From Octopus vulgaris (lineage: Eukaryota), in assembly GCA_951406725.2 (NCBI GenBank), contig OX597817.1, positions 50,344,001 to 50,408,000 of the forward strand: a stretch of DNA of 64,000 nt, read 5' to 3'. Positions 50,287-63,825 of this stretch are shown piece by piece. The notes under the pieces are model-generated. The model worked only from the letters and a program-made list of their open reading frames with translations, had not been told where the DNA came from and ran no database searches. The translations under genes and the position numbers were made by a program. Positions within the stretch are counted from its first letter, which is position 1. Every line of letters begins with the position of its first letter.

Positions 50287-50962
50287 TTCTTCTTCTTCTT
50301 CTTCTTCTGCTTCTTTTTCTTCTTCTTCTTCTGCTTCTTCTTCTCCTTCTTCTTTTTCTTCTTTTCCTTCTTCTTCTTCTTTTTCTTCTTCTTCTTCTTC
50401 TTCTACGCCTCCTTCTCCCTCCTCTTCTCCTTCTTCTTCTTCTTTTCCTTCTCCTCCTCCTACTTCTTCTCTTCCTTCTTCTTCTCCTCCTTCAAATTCT
50501 TCTTCTTCTTCTTCTCCACCTCCTCCACCTCCTCCTTCTTCTTCTTCTTCTTCGTTTTCTACTCCTCCTCCTCCTCCTCCTCCTTCTTCTACTTCTTCTT
50601 CTTCCTCTTCTCTACCTCCTTCTTCTTCTTCTTCTCTACCTCCTTCTTCTTCTCCTTCTTCTCCTCTTCCTTCTTTTCCTCCTCCTCCTCCTCCTACCTT
50701 CTTCTTCTTCTTCTTCTCCTCTTTCTTCTTCTTCTTCTTCTTCTTCGTCTTCTCCTTCTTCGTCTTCTCCTTCTTCTTCTTCGTCTCCTCCTCCTTCTCC
50801 AAATTCTTCTTCTCCTTCTTCTTCTTCTTTTCCTCCTTCTTCTTCTCCTTCTTCTTCTTCTTCTTCTTCTTCTTCTTCTTCCACATCCTCTTCCTCCTTC
50901 TCTTCTTCTTCTTCTTCTTCTTCTTCATCTTCTTCTTCTTCTTCTCCTTCTTCTTCTTCTTT
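50285..50962. repeat. ~680-bp (CTT/CTC)n polypyrimidine tract
   Basis: Almost exclusively C/T on the + strand. Confidence 0.95.
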
Positions 50963-51039
50963 GTTAAATAAACACACTCACGACATACTCGTCCTTTACT
51001 TTAGTTTTACATGTGTTCTGGGCTTCTGTGACACTCAAC

Positions 51040-51280
51040 TCACCAGACTGCACCGAGGAACATTCGGTCCCAGGACCTATGGACAATTACCAGAAGTCCC
51101 TGGCATCGTAGTATTACAGAGGTACCTTACCTGTTCGAGATAAGCTCTTTAATCACGGTTCTTCGTTTTCACCGACTTTTCTAAGATGCGGGCAGTACAG
51201 TGAAACTGTTCTGCACGCAATTGTACAATGTCCGAAGATTTCGGAGCTCAGGACTTGCGTCGAAAACCTGCTGTCACATT
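51040..51280 (+). mobile_element. L1/Tx1 ORF2 C-terminal zinc-finger (zf-RVT) fragment
   Basis: YRGTLPVRDKL..RCGQYSETVLHAIVQCP. Confidence 0.7.
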
Positions 51281-51319
51281 TGGCTTAGCATTTCATCCTT
51301 TTAGAATTGATAAAATATA

Positions 51320-52950
51320 TATTTCTTTACTACCCACAAGGGGCTAAACACAGAGGGGACAAACAAGGACAGACAAACGGATTAAGTCGATTACATCGAC
51401 CCCAGTGCATAACTGGTACTTAATTTATCGACCCCGAAAGGATGAAAGGCAAAGTAGACCTCGGCGGAATTTGAACTCAGAACGTAACGGCAGACGAAAT
51501 ACGGCTACGCATTTCGCCCGGCGTGTTAACGTTTCGGCCAGCTTGCCGCCTTAAATTGATAAAATTGATAAAATATAGTCCGGTTGAGCACTAAGGTAGA
51601 TGCAATCGACTTACAACTTCCCCCAGAATTACTGTCCTTGTGTCAAAATTTGAAACCAATATTTGCTATCATTAAGGCGGTGAGCTAGTAGAATCTTTAC
51701 CGTGACGGACAAAATGTTTAGAGGCATTTTGTTCGTCTTTACATTCTAAGTTGAACTTGAAACTCCGCCGATGCTGAATTTAATTTTCATCGTTTTGTGT
51801 GTCGTTCAAATAAGCACCACATGAACAGTGGATTCCATATAATCGACTTACACCTCAACCACTGAAATTGCTGGCCTTGTGCCAAACTTGAAACCAATAT
51901 TTATTATCAGTTTTTGGTAACATACCCTCAGTCAAAACTTGTGTGTATATTGTTATCGATTCACTTCTAATGACTATACTTACGTTCTATTAATAGAATG
52001 AACGAATAAAGCCCACTTATGCGTCATACGAACTCATAAGGCCGGTTTCGCGGCGTTTATATTCGCCCCTGGATGGGATACCGGTCCGTCTTAAGAATAC
52101 TTATTTTTGCCAGGCGAATGGACTAGAGCAAAGTGAAATGAAATGCTTTACTCAAGAACACAAACGCCGGTCCCAGAATCGAAGCCACAATCTAGCGATC
52201 ATGTTTCCAACAGCCTTGACCACCAAGCCACGTACCTCAACTCTGACAAAATAATAGGTTATAAAAGCATCCATATTAATTTTGATGGAAGACTAGCAAT
52301 TTTGAGCGGAGGGGAAAATTGATTATATTGAGCCCAGTGCTTGACTGCTACTTATTTTATCGACCCTGAAAGTATGAAAGACAAATTCGACCGCGGCGGT
52401 ATTTGAACTCAGAACGTAAAACCGGGAGAAATGTTGCCAAGCATTTTGTCCGGCGTGCTAACGATTCCCCAAGCTTGCTACCATGATAAACAAAAAAAAT
52501 AATAGTTTCTGATCTTTGGCGAAAGGCCAGAAATTTTGAGAGTAGGGACAAGTTGATACATCGACCTCAATGTTATGCTGCTTCATCGATTCCAATTGGA
52601 TGACAGGCAAAGTCGACATCGACCACATTTGAACTCAAAGCGTAGAGAGCCGAAAGAAATGAGGGGAAGCATTTTGTACTACGCGGTAACGATTCTGTCC
52701 GCTTGTCAACCTTAATGAATAATAAAATAATTCTTTCTTCTATAAGAACAAGGCCTGAAAATTTGGGGCCGAAGATTAGTCGTTTACCTCGTCTCAAGGG
52801 CTCAACTGGAACATTTTCTATCGATTCCTAGAGGAGGAACAACAAAATCGACCCTGGTTCAGTTTGAACTTAGAACGTAAAAAAAAAACGGAAAAAATGT
52901 GGCTAAGCACTTCGTCTAACCGGCTAACAATTCTACCAGCACGACACCTT
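51320..52950. mobile_element. Cluster of SINE copies
   Basis: Family 1 full copy 51320-51552 (-); degenerate copies ~51675-51900 (+), 52290-52480, 52510-52710 and 52745-52950 (-); family 3-like 52030-52235 (-). Confidence 0.8.
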
Positions 52951-54738
52951 AACAAAAACAAAAGTAAAACGTAAGGAAATCATATGAAAGTATTCACATC
53001 GGTGTGGGATACTATTACTACTATATTCTTATTGAATACAACATGTCACAAGTACTGTGTAAATCGTTTTTACTTTCTACTCTTACTTGTCATCTTTATT
53101 ATTGTTCTCTCATTATTTCCTTATTTCTCATTACTAGTTCCAATTTCGTTTCTAATTAGTACTGCTGCGTCAACAAAGATTGCGTATTTTGAAGAGCTGG
53201 TGCCACATTTATAGTAATAACATATTTCTCAGATGACTCCAGTCTTTCATTTAATTACAGATTCACGTCAAATTATCGAAGAAAAGTAGCATATGGTTTT
53301 TTCCTATGGAGTGCCAATCGACACAAGAAAAATAATGATTATGAAAGTGACACACTATATACTGCGTTACTGAAGCACTTAAGTGTTTTACAGTAGAGCC
53401 GGTGAGGAGGTCTTATGCTGGAATTAGCAGCCAAATCGCTTTATAATGACATACAAACATCTTAAGAGGGAACCACACATCGGAGACTATATCTGATGAA
53501 GAAATTGAATATTCATAAATAGAACCCATGCACAGTCGGAAGGGGAGATAGGGGATAAAACACAACAGCTGCAAGTAATAGATATGAATAAAAACTAAAG
53601 TGATTTGATAGGGAAAACACAGAGCCCATTGGTCACAATAAAAGAGTAAGCTGTTCAATTCTGTGCACAGAAGGTACGAATCCCTAGAAACGTTCATTCA
53701 TTTAAAGTGGGGCTTGGAAATAGCTTACCTGTGCAAGTGCAGTCCAGTCGAAAACTTCCCATATCGGATGACAGACTGTTTCATGGGTCGTCAGGTGAGA
53801 ATGCGCACCGTTTTGGGACCTTCCTCTTCATGGCTTTACAATGCACCATCAATGATTTAAGGCCCCACCTACTGCTTCGGCTGACTAGCATTCGGCCTCA
53901 AGTCCATTCGGGACTATCACCTCTCCAGCCAGGTTTCCCTTTTAACGATATCAATGGCTGGCCATCTCAACTGTCACCTGGATCTCATTTAAGATGGTGA
54001 TGGCCTGCCGATGACAAACATACACAGATAGTATTTTTCTCCTATTGCACGGATCGTTGGCATGGACTTCATACTGCAAACAGTTACAAAACTGAATATA
54101 TTCATATATTCATGAAAGAGATCATGAATATAACCTCCAGAAACAGCGTCATATAGATCCTAATCTCGTAAACATGAAAGTGATAGTAGTAGAACAAAAC
54201 CTCGTCTGACTTGGGCACTTTCAAATAATAAAGAAAACCTTATTAGCCAGAAAAATAATCTATTTGTTGACCAGCTGAAAGAGAAAATGTAGACTCCAAG
54301 AAAGCTAGAAAATCTACCCTTAATTACTGTGGTCAATGTGAGCGATCCGCTTTTGATGTTATGATATCGATAGTCAGTCTATAAAGGGGATTTGATGGTA
54401 TTCTTTATTTTTTTGTAAGAAGGGCGCTAATTCTTAGGGTCCCATATGTGGTCCCAGAGACCGGTGGGAAGAAGAGAAGAAAAATTTGTAAACCGGAGAT
54501 TTGTTAGGAATGCTTAGAAGATTGAACTCCGGTAAACGCGCATATGCTAAGCATGTGATGGTGTTAAGACGAGCAACATTAATTTTACTACTCAGATCAT
54601 GGCGAGATCAGGACTTTCACTAACAGCTATCAGAATGCAAGGAACCAAAAGAAATACAGCAACGCAACCGGTCCAACCTTCTTAGAGTTCTTCAAAACTA
54701 TCGTCCTGGAATGATATTATTTTTTTTATCGACCCAAG

Positions 54739-54939
54739 CAGTAGTTACCAAACTTTTTTTTAGAGTCGCGACCCACTATTTATCACACCAGTTTATGACG
54801 ACCCACTTAACTCTACTGAACTATCTCGATAGACAGCAGTTAATCAAAGCTAATGCGTAATTTTATAACTTTTTGCAACCCACTAAGATTCCGTTCGCGA
54901 CCCATCTGTGGGTCGCGACTCATAGTTTGAGAACCACTG
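54739..54939. mobile_element. hAT (Charlie-like) MITE
   Basis: TIRs CAGTAGTTACCAAAC / GTTTGAGAACCACTG; perfect 8-bp TSD GACCCAAG; internal CGACCCA repeats. Confidence 0.9.
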
Positions 54940-55104
54940 GACCCAAGAATATTGAAAGACGGATATGACCCTGTTTTTTCTGACAGTGTCGTTTTATGGA
55001 GTAACAGCAGCATATAGTATAACGAAATATGGTGTACATATCAAATCACCAAGGAACGTTTACACTCCAAAAATTTTGATATAGGAGCGATATTATTATT
55101 ATCC

Positions 55105-55220
<116 letters not shown>

Positions 55221-55332
55221 TTTTCATTCTATTATATGAAAATCTCCACATTTATTGTCTTCCTCATCCTTCGCCCTTCGTGGCAAATAAATGAAATTAT
55301 TATTATTATTGTTGTTGTTATTGTTGTTAGTA

Positions 55333-55550
55333 AGGCAGAGAGCTTACAGAATCGTTAGTGCACTGCGCGAGAAGCTTGGCGATATTTCACCCGTTGCTAC
55401 GTGTTCCGAGTTCAAATTCCGCCGAGGTCGACTTTGCCTCTCATCCTTTTGGGTTCGATAAACTATGTACCAGTTGCGTACTGAGGTCGATCTAATCGAG
55501 TGGCCTCCTCGCCCAAAACTTCGGACCTTGTGTCTAGACCAGAAAAGGAT
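55333..55550 (+). mobile_element. SINE family 1
   Basis: Head, core and alternative tail. Confidence 0.8.
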
Positions 55551-55971
55551 ATATTCACATCCTGAAGTCAGTTTAAAGTTACTTTATGAAGCGATATTTT
55601 ATTTTTCATGTAAGTCAATATTTCCTGTTTCAACGCGTAATTTCATTGATCTTTAATTGTTCTGACTGTCATTGCATATAAAAAGAAATGGCTTACTGAC
55701 TAGCCTTGTTTGTTTTACATCTCAGTATTCTTCCTACATTATCTTAATCTACTGCAGTCAGAGATCAACACAGTATTTATTACTGGCAACAGTAAGGGAT
55801 GACCACTGTAGGCAGTGCGTAATATATCTCATGTTAAAGGTTAAAGTTGTCTAAATTCTAATCTCTGTTCCATTTCATGCAACACATGAGACGTTAAGAA
55901 CGGGAAATCAACCAGACAGGATGATGGTTTTGGCATTACTGCAACATTTCCAACAGCGGATCAATAAATTA

Positions 55972-56003
<32 letters not shown>

Positions 56004-56463
56004 TGTCATTGTTATATCCTTTATATGTCGATATATTAATACGCCCACTTCGGTTATCGCAGCATCGCTATTAGATCTGTAAGACACGACTCTCAGCACA
56101 GTCTAACACGTACTCCCCGATACTGATCGACGTCAACTTACTTATAATCACCGGCTCAATCCACACGCGACATAGGTGAGGTGTATCATTATTATTAATT
56201 CTCTACAACAATCGATATATATATATATATATATATATAATTTTTTATAATTATGAGTATAATTATAATTAGAAGAAATAGCTAGTTTTAACTGCTATTT
56301 CTAAATTTCGGTATGTGGTGAAGCAAATTTCTTGCTGAACCCTAATTATAATTATACTCATAATTATACAAATTTTTGCTTAAGTTTACCGATAGTGGTT
56401 CTTTTAACATACCGAACTACTTGGTAAAATTATTAATTATTTATTAATTAATTAATTTTACCC

Positions 56464-56568
<105 letters not shown>

Positions 56569-57058
56569 TCTTTTATTCTTGTACTTGTTTTAGTCATTTG
56601 ACTACGGCTATGCTGGAGCACCGCTTTAGATAATAGAGTAACAATGAACAAAAAGATTAGCACACGTGCATAAAGTTTTAGTATTATTTCTCCAGTCAGT
56701 TACACCATAATGGATTTAAATTTGCCCGATACACGTCACTGCTGCATAAAAAACTAACGATTGGATTCGCAGCCAGTTATTTTCAACATGGGATTAGACT
56801 ATGCACCTTTATTCAAGGCCAATCCAGTGAAGTGGATTGAAGCGAATTAACTGCAGAAATAGTAATAAAAAAAACTATTCAGCTGTACTAACCTCTGCAT
56901 TCCTTGATACTGTTTGGACAAACATATGGCGAAATATTCTTAATCTTGGTAAGTGAACCCGGGATTTACGCATCGGTTAAAATCCAGTGGAACAGTTTAC
57001 CTCAAGGAATTCTCGGTATACATTACAACTTGATGTAAGGAACTCGATATTGTAACAA

Positions 57059-57125
<67 letters not shown>

Positions 57126-57207
57126 GTCTGTCTGTCTGTCTCTCTCTCCCTCTCTCTCTCTCTCTCCCTCTCTCTCTCTCTCTCCCTCTTTCTCTCTCTC
57201 TCTCTCA

Positions 57208-57405
57208 ATATGCGACCGCGTGTGTATCGTTGGCGATTTTTTTCCTCCGTCTTCCCTTCCTTGGATATTTCCTTTTTCTATGTTTCTGACGAAGAGCTCC
57301 GCTCGAAACGTTAAGTCCTCCTTCTTTCTTTTCTTTATTGAGCGTCCAATAACACTAAACTTGTTCCACGTCCTCGCGTTGTTGTGTTTTCATGTTTGGA
57401 TTAAC
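57208..57405 (+). mobile_element. Microsatellite-embedded short element (family C-related) with hammerhead at 57283-57315
   Basis: TTT-CTGACGA-A-GAGC-tcc-GCTC-GAAAC-GTT-AAG (AACGTT palindrome); ends in (TA)n. Confidence 0.65.
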
Positions 57406-57463
57406 TATATATATATATATATATATACACAAAGAGAAAGAGAGTGTGTGAGACAGAGACAAC

Positions 57464-57521
<58 letters not shown>

Positions 57522-57554
57522 CAGACAGACTGACAGACAGACAGGCAGATAGAC

Positions 57555-57601
<47 letters not shown>

Positions 57602-57602
57602 C

Positions 57603-57641
<39 letters not shown>

Positions 57642-57659
57642 TGGATAGATGGATAGATG

Positions 57660-57739
<80 letters not shown>

Positions 57740-57789
57740 TTCAAATACTCTGCAGAGGCATTGATAATTAGCCATCTATATGAATATCA

Positions 57790-58072
57790 CGTGACCGACC
57801 AGTCCATCAGGTGTAGTTACACATCGCTGGTCACAATGCATTCGCATTGTTTTAGCCTTCGAATGACGCCACCCCGCTGGCTAAGCGAGCAGGCCAACAG
57901 AAGAAAGAGTGGTGAAAGAGTACAGCAGGGATCACCAGCCCTGCCGGAGCCTCGTGGAGCTTTTAGGTGTTTTCGCTCAATAAACACTCACAACACCCGG
58001 TCTGGGAATCGAAACCGCGATTCTACGACCGCGAGTCCGCTGCCCTAACCACTGGGCCATTGCGCCTCCACC
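57790..58072 (-). mobile_element. tRNA-derived SINE (family 3-related)
   Basis: Minus strand GGAGGCGCAATGGCCCAGTGGTTAGGGCAGCGGACTCGCGG..GGTTTCGATTCCC. Confidence 0.8.
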
Positions 58073-58927
58073 TATATGAATATACTTGTGCCAAACTGTG
58101 GCAAATTTAGAAAAGAATGGTTGCTGATATTCCCCGTATGCGCAGCGTCTCTTCTGATCTACAAACGCCGAGCTCAAAGTCAATGTTAAGACGTAGATTA
58201 CTTAAGTAGTATGAGTCAAGAGCGTCGAGTGTTAGTTTTGAAATTCTGTTGTTCGTGTCAAAAATAGAACCAAATTGTGCTGACATTTATTGTTCGTGAT
58301 TAAAATAGTTTGAGTTACACGTATCTAAGTAATCACTTCTATAGTTTTCTCTAATTTCATTTTCTATATGTCTCGATTTTCTGTTTTCAGAGAGGAAAAT
58401 ATATTTCGTGACGATGTTCTTACAGTCGTTGGTGTCTGTTTCGCCACCTTTACGAAGAGTGAAGCAAGTACTGATAAGAACATTGACTTCATTTGGTGCA
58501 ATTTGGATACATACTGCTCAACATATTGGGGGTTTAGGTAATGTTCTTGACTAATTAGTTTATTAATTAGCGAAACATCAAAGTTGTATTTTGAATATGT
58601 TGTTGTTGCTGTTTTTGTTTATTTTAAGGTAGTTGTTAGTGACGTCATGAGATATTTATCACTTAGAATATTATCCGTGTAAAGAGAAACGGGTAATTTT
58701 AATGACTGGTTGCACAGTTATTTATGGATTTTAGTTAACCAAAAAAAAAAAGAATAATTATTAGTGGATTTCAGAATAAGGAATGAAATATGGAGCGTAG
58801 AATGTCAAAGAGAAACATGAAAGAAAAACGAGGGAAAAAATTTGCGTCAAACATTAATGCGAAGGGAAACAATGTTCGAGTGTTCGGTTTCTGAACTTGC
58901 TAGTGAGGACATTGTTTTTATGTATAT

Positions 58928-60232
58928 AGGCGCAATCGTGGTTATGTAGTAGGATGTTTGCTTCCCAAGAACATGGTTCCGAGTTCAATCCCAGAGCGTG
59001 GAACTTTGGGCAAGTGTCTTCTATTTTAATGTCTAATTATGAGTGTTTCGCTTAGTGTCTGTGTTTGTCCTCCACTATTTAACAACGGATGTTGGTGCTT
59101 CGGCAAAAGATACTGATTGTATGAGTACCAGGCTTAAAAAAATTAAGTACAGGGGTCAATACGCTAGTCTAAACTTCTTCAAGAAGGTGGCGAGCTGGCA
59201 GAATCGTTAGCACGCTGGACGAAATGCTTAGCGGTATTTCGTCTGCCGCTACGTTCTGAGATCAAATTCCACCGAGGTCGACTTTGCCTTTCATCCTTTC
59301 GGGGTCGATTAAATAAGTACCAGTTACGCACTGGAGTCGATGTAATCGACTTAATCCGTTTGTCTGTCCTTGTTTGTCCTCTCAGTGTGTAGCTCCTTGT
59401 GGGCAGTAATAGAAATAGGTGCTATATCACGGCCGCAGTCTCTCTATTTATTTTAGTATTATCTGGGTAGAAACATGTCCGCACCGAGCAAAAAAATGCT
59501 TAGCAGCATTTCATCCGACTTCGTGTTCTGAGTTCAAATACCGACGAGATCGACTTAGCCTTTGAAATCTGCCCAGAGTTACCTCTCTTCGATATTTCCC
59601 ATTGATAGCGGCTAAAGTGCTAAAGAGAGAGATGAAACGGTAATACAGAGTGTTTTGAAATACCACCGAAATCGACTTAGCCTTTTAATCTCTCGAGATT
59701 GTTAAAATAAGTAATAGTTGAACACTTGAGTCGATGTAATCTATTTAATTCGTCTTCCGAAATTGCTGGCCTTGTGCTAAAATCTGAAACCAATATTAAC
59801 AATCACCCACGGCACTAAGTGGATAATATTCACAATAACAGTGTTTAGGCATGAGTGACCTTTAGATCATATAAAATATGTTTGGGACATAGTTCATCGT
59901 CTAAAGGCAAACCAGTGTTTGGCTCTGATACTGTTGAATTTCTGGCAGTCTAATGGTGCAACTCAGTCAATATTGTTGACTGTGTTTTAGTTAAAGCTAC
60001 GGCTTTAAGTCTGCCCAGAGTTACCTCTCTTCGGTATTTCCTATTGATATCAGCTAAAGTGCTATATAGAGAGATAAAACGATAATACAGGTCGACTTTG
60101 CCTTTCATCCTTTCGGGGTCGATAAATTAAGTACCAGTTACGCACTGAGGTCGATGTAATCGACTTAATCCGTGTGTCTGTCCTTGTTTGTCTTCTCTGT
60201 GTTTAGCCTCTTTTTGGTAATAAAGAAATAAG
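58928..60232 (+). mobile_element. SINE cluster with an ~80-bp direct duplication
   Basis: Family 2 at 58928-59170; family 1 at 59185-59420, 59470-59800 and 60090-60232; TCTGCCCAGAGTTACC..TAATACAG at ~59568 and ~60010. Confidence 0.8.
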
Positions 60233-60594
60233 TAAACTGGAGGGGCTAAATACATGATATTGGAGGAATAGGTAGGAATAGATCAATCAGATAATTGCTG
60301 TCTATAGAATGAACTATTCTTATCTGCTTTGGACCAGAAAAATTCTTTAAAAATTTGAATAACAAATTTCATTTGCAAATATAATCACCAATAATCGAAA
60401 TTAAAAGTCGTTATAATGAGGATAAAAAGGGAAAAATATGACTAGTCTGGCTTGATAAAATTAGAATTGCGTGGTTGAGAAAATTAAAATATAAATTGGT
60501 CACTGGTTTAATAATGTAGATAAAATTGATATTTTGATTTGCATTTCCAATAGACGGTTGAGTTTGGGCGCAACTCGGAACTGTTCGAGTAAAA

Positions 60595-61465
60595 TTATAG
60601 GTCACCGGGGAGATTTTATGTAAAAAGAAATATATAACAAAAAATATTTTGACAATTATTCAGTGGAAGTCGAGTTTACATATTAATGAAAACTGGTTAA
60701 CTGAGATTACAGGTTATCTACGAGTGTTTGTCCGTTAACAGGTATCAAATATTCACACACAAACACACGCGCGCGCGCACACTGAGAACAATCACACACG
60801 CATGCGCACAGGCACGTAAATACACACATACGCACATACAAAAATACACACATACAAACGCACACGCACAAATAACACACACACAAAAGCACACACAAAC
60901 ACACATACACACACACATGCATACACACACAAACACAAGCACACATACACACAAACATCCACACACGCACACCCAAGCACACACACAAACATACACACAC
61001 GCACACATGAAAACATGTACACACAAACAAACACGCACAGTAACATACACACATACATACATACACACACAAAGAAGTCATCAAGCTATCTTTTTATGTC
61101 ATCCAAGGAATTGAAATTTTTACCATTAAGACAATTCTGCAGAGACCTGAATAAGTGGACATCCGAAGGAGCAATATCTGGTGAATATAGAGGGTGGGGT
61201 AACACATCCCAGTCGAGCTGCAGCAATTTTTGTCTGGTTCCCAAAGCATCAAGTGCCGAAAATGAACTTTCTTATCTTTCATTTTAAAGGGTTACAGAAT
61301 TAACATAGATTATAGGAACATAAACCTTCTTTCACGAAAAGATAGCTTAAACTGTGCTCTAAATGGAGGTGTAGTCAAATCCTATTTTATGGACTCAACC
61401 ATGTTCTAAAATGAGTCGAAAAGTGAGCTACTATAAATTGGCACGAACTTTCCGGACAACCCAAT
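60595..61465 (-). mobile_element. Mariner deletion derivative interrupted by a CA-rich microsatellite (60755-61070)
   Basis: TIR GAACTTTCCGGACAACCCAATA; MKDKKVHFRHLMLW and YSPDIAPSDVHLFRSLQN motifs. Confidence 0.7.
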
Positions 61466-62349
61466 AGAATGCAGTGTATCTAGCATAGAATCCACCACAA
61501 AGATCAATCTCTTTGTGGCGAAGTGGCGAAGTGGCTCATCATGGTAGAAACTACCTATTTTATATTATTTGGAATCGTCAGACAACGTCCTGCAGTGTGA
61601 ATTCGCCAATGGGAACTCTACTTCGTGAAAGACACGAATGTTATTTCTTTCTTTACAGCCCACAAGGGGCTACACACAGAGGGGACAAACAAGGACAGAC
61701 AAACGGATTAAGTCGATTATATCGACCCCAGTGAAGGACATGAATGTTATACCATCACCGAAATCTCTTTTGGTGATTTCTGAAAAACGTGAGCGAATTA
61801 ACAAAACATAAGTTGTCAGGACTTAAAATAACTTAAATATTGTTAAAAGTTTCATCATTCCCAGTTCAGTGTTCTAATCTTGCCTGGATCATCCTTCTGG
61901 AATCCATGAAATCAATATCTGTAATACAGTGTAGAAAACAAGCCAACATTGTCTTTTTGTTTTATATTTGCCTGAGCAAAAAGAGCCGAGTTGATGTTTT
62001 AATGATGGGTCGAAATGAAAGTATGTGAACAGGAAATAGATATCAAAATTTCCATTAAATCTGATATTGCATTTACAAATCTGAAATAAATTAAATTTTA
62101 ACCAACTTCTTTTACTCCCGGCTAAATTTTATTTCCAGCTACATTTCATAATTCTATCTGTGATGACTCTCTCTTTCCAGATTGTTTTTTTGCGAAAGTT
62201 ATTGATTTAATTATATATTTATTTATTTATTCATTCATTCATTCATATATATTCATTTACGACTGAATTAAATTTTATCTAATTTTATATTTTAAGTAAA
62301 TTCAGTTCTCAGCGGAAATGTATTTTCACCTAAAATTTAATTACTTTAA

Positions 62350-63010
62350 GATGGTGAGCTAGCAGAATCTTTAGTACGTCGGACCAAATACTTGTCTTTA
62401 CGTTCTGAGTTCAAATCCAGCGTGATCAACTTAGTGTTTTTTCATCTCATAGAGGTCGATAAAAAAAGTACCAGTTGAGCACGGGGAGGAGATGGCGATA
62501 CAGTCGACTTACTCCATCACGCCAGAAATTACTGGCCTCGTGCCATAACTTGAAATCAATATTTATAACATTCAAGAAAGGCGGTGAGCTGGCAGAAACG
62601 TTAGCACGCCGGGCGAAATGCTTAGCAGTATTTCGTCTGTCGCTACGTTCTGAGTTCAAATTCCGCCGAGGTCGAGTTTTCCTCTCATCCCTTTCGGGGT
62701 CGATAAATTAAGTACCAGTTACGCACTGGGGTCGATCTAATTGACTTAATCCCTTTGTCTGTCCTTGTTTGTCCCCTCTATGTTTAGCCCCTTGTGGGCA
62801 ATAAAGAAATAAGAATCGTTAGCACGCCAGGCAAAATTCTTAACGGCATTTCGCCCGTCTTTACGTTCTGAGTTCAAATTCCGACAAGATCGACATAGCC
62901 TATCATCCTTTCGGCGTCAATAAAATAAGTAACAGTTGAACGCTAAACTCGATGTAATCAATCTACTCCTTCCTCTGAAATTGTTAGCCTTGTGCTAAAG
63001 TTTGAAATCA
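62350..63010 (+). mobile_element. Three tandem SINE family 1 copies
   Basis: Heads at ~62350, ~62580 and ~62812, each with the core. Confidence 0.85.
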
Positions 63011-63738
63011 ATCTCTAATTCTATTTTCCTTAAACAAAATACGAGAGAGGCGGTTGGCCAAGGTGATTGTATAATGAATGGTAATTCAATTTTCAGGGAT
63101 TCGTATACCTTTACAAGCATTAAACTTTGCCCGATTCTTCCCTGTTTTAAATAACAGCAACACTGTAAAATAAATAGATTTTTGACTGGATTACAGAACT
63201 GAATTCAATAATTCTTTTCCAAAGTACATTCTACGATAAACCATAACATTTATATTCTAAATAAATATATATATTGAGTAAATAATCCCCTTTCTTCACA
63301 TCAATCTCAAATAAACATTGACTTTATCCCTAAGAGAAAGCATTATTCTTATCGTTAGGCCTTAAGTAAGGAGTTGGTATAAATATTTTACAATTTAATC
63401 ATTATTATGTGTGTTTAAAATCCGAATTAATCTATGCAAGCGTTTGATACAGTATGTAATAAATTTTGTCATAACCCCCAAAACACATTTGTCTCTGTAT
63501 ATAATTTAAAAAATAAATATTAGTTATTAATATATATATATATATATATAATATATATATATTAAAAATTAACACGGAAAAAAATAGATAAACAGTTACC
63601 AGGGTAGCAAAAAATCACACAAGTAAAGAGGTTGTAACACCTTGTTTTTAAAGGTAGAAACTTCGGGTTTATGTGTAATTTTTGTATAATATATAAATAA
63701 ATAAATGGAGTTTAACGCAGCTATAATTCAAATACTTT

Positions 63739-63825
63739 ACTTCCGACACATGTTTCTAAGATTTCACTGATAATATTCAAAAGAATAAATGGTGTAAAGC
63801 AATGAAATCTTCTCTTCAGGGAAGT
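63739..63825 (-). ncRNA. Type I hammerhead ribozyme, intact
   Basis: ACTTCC-CTGAAGA-G-AAGATTTCA..TGAAATCTT-A-GAAAC-ATGT-GTC-GGAAGT; 6-bp stem I, 9-bp stem II, GUC cleavage triplet; ~180 bp from a (TA)n run. Confidence 0.8.

Noticed and set aside
50197-51143. Long ORFs of 237-305 aa
   Set aside because: They are translations of the (CTT)n tract, not genes.
53380-54400. Possible RTE or piggyBac protein remnants
   Set aside because: Motifs are too degraded to assign without a search.
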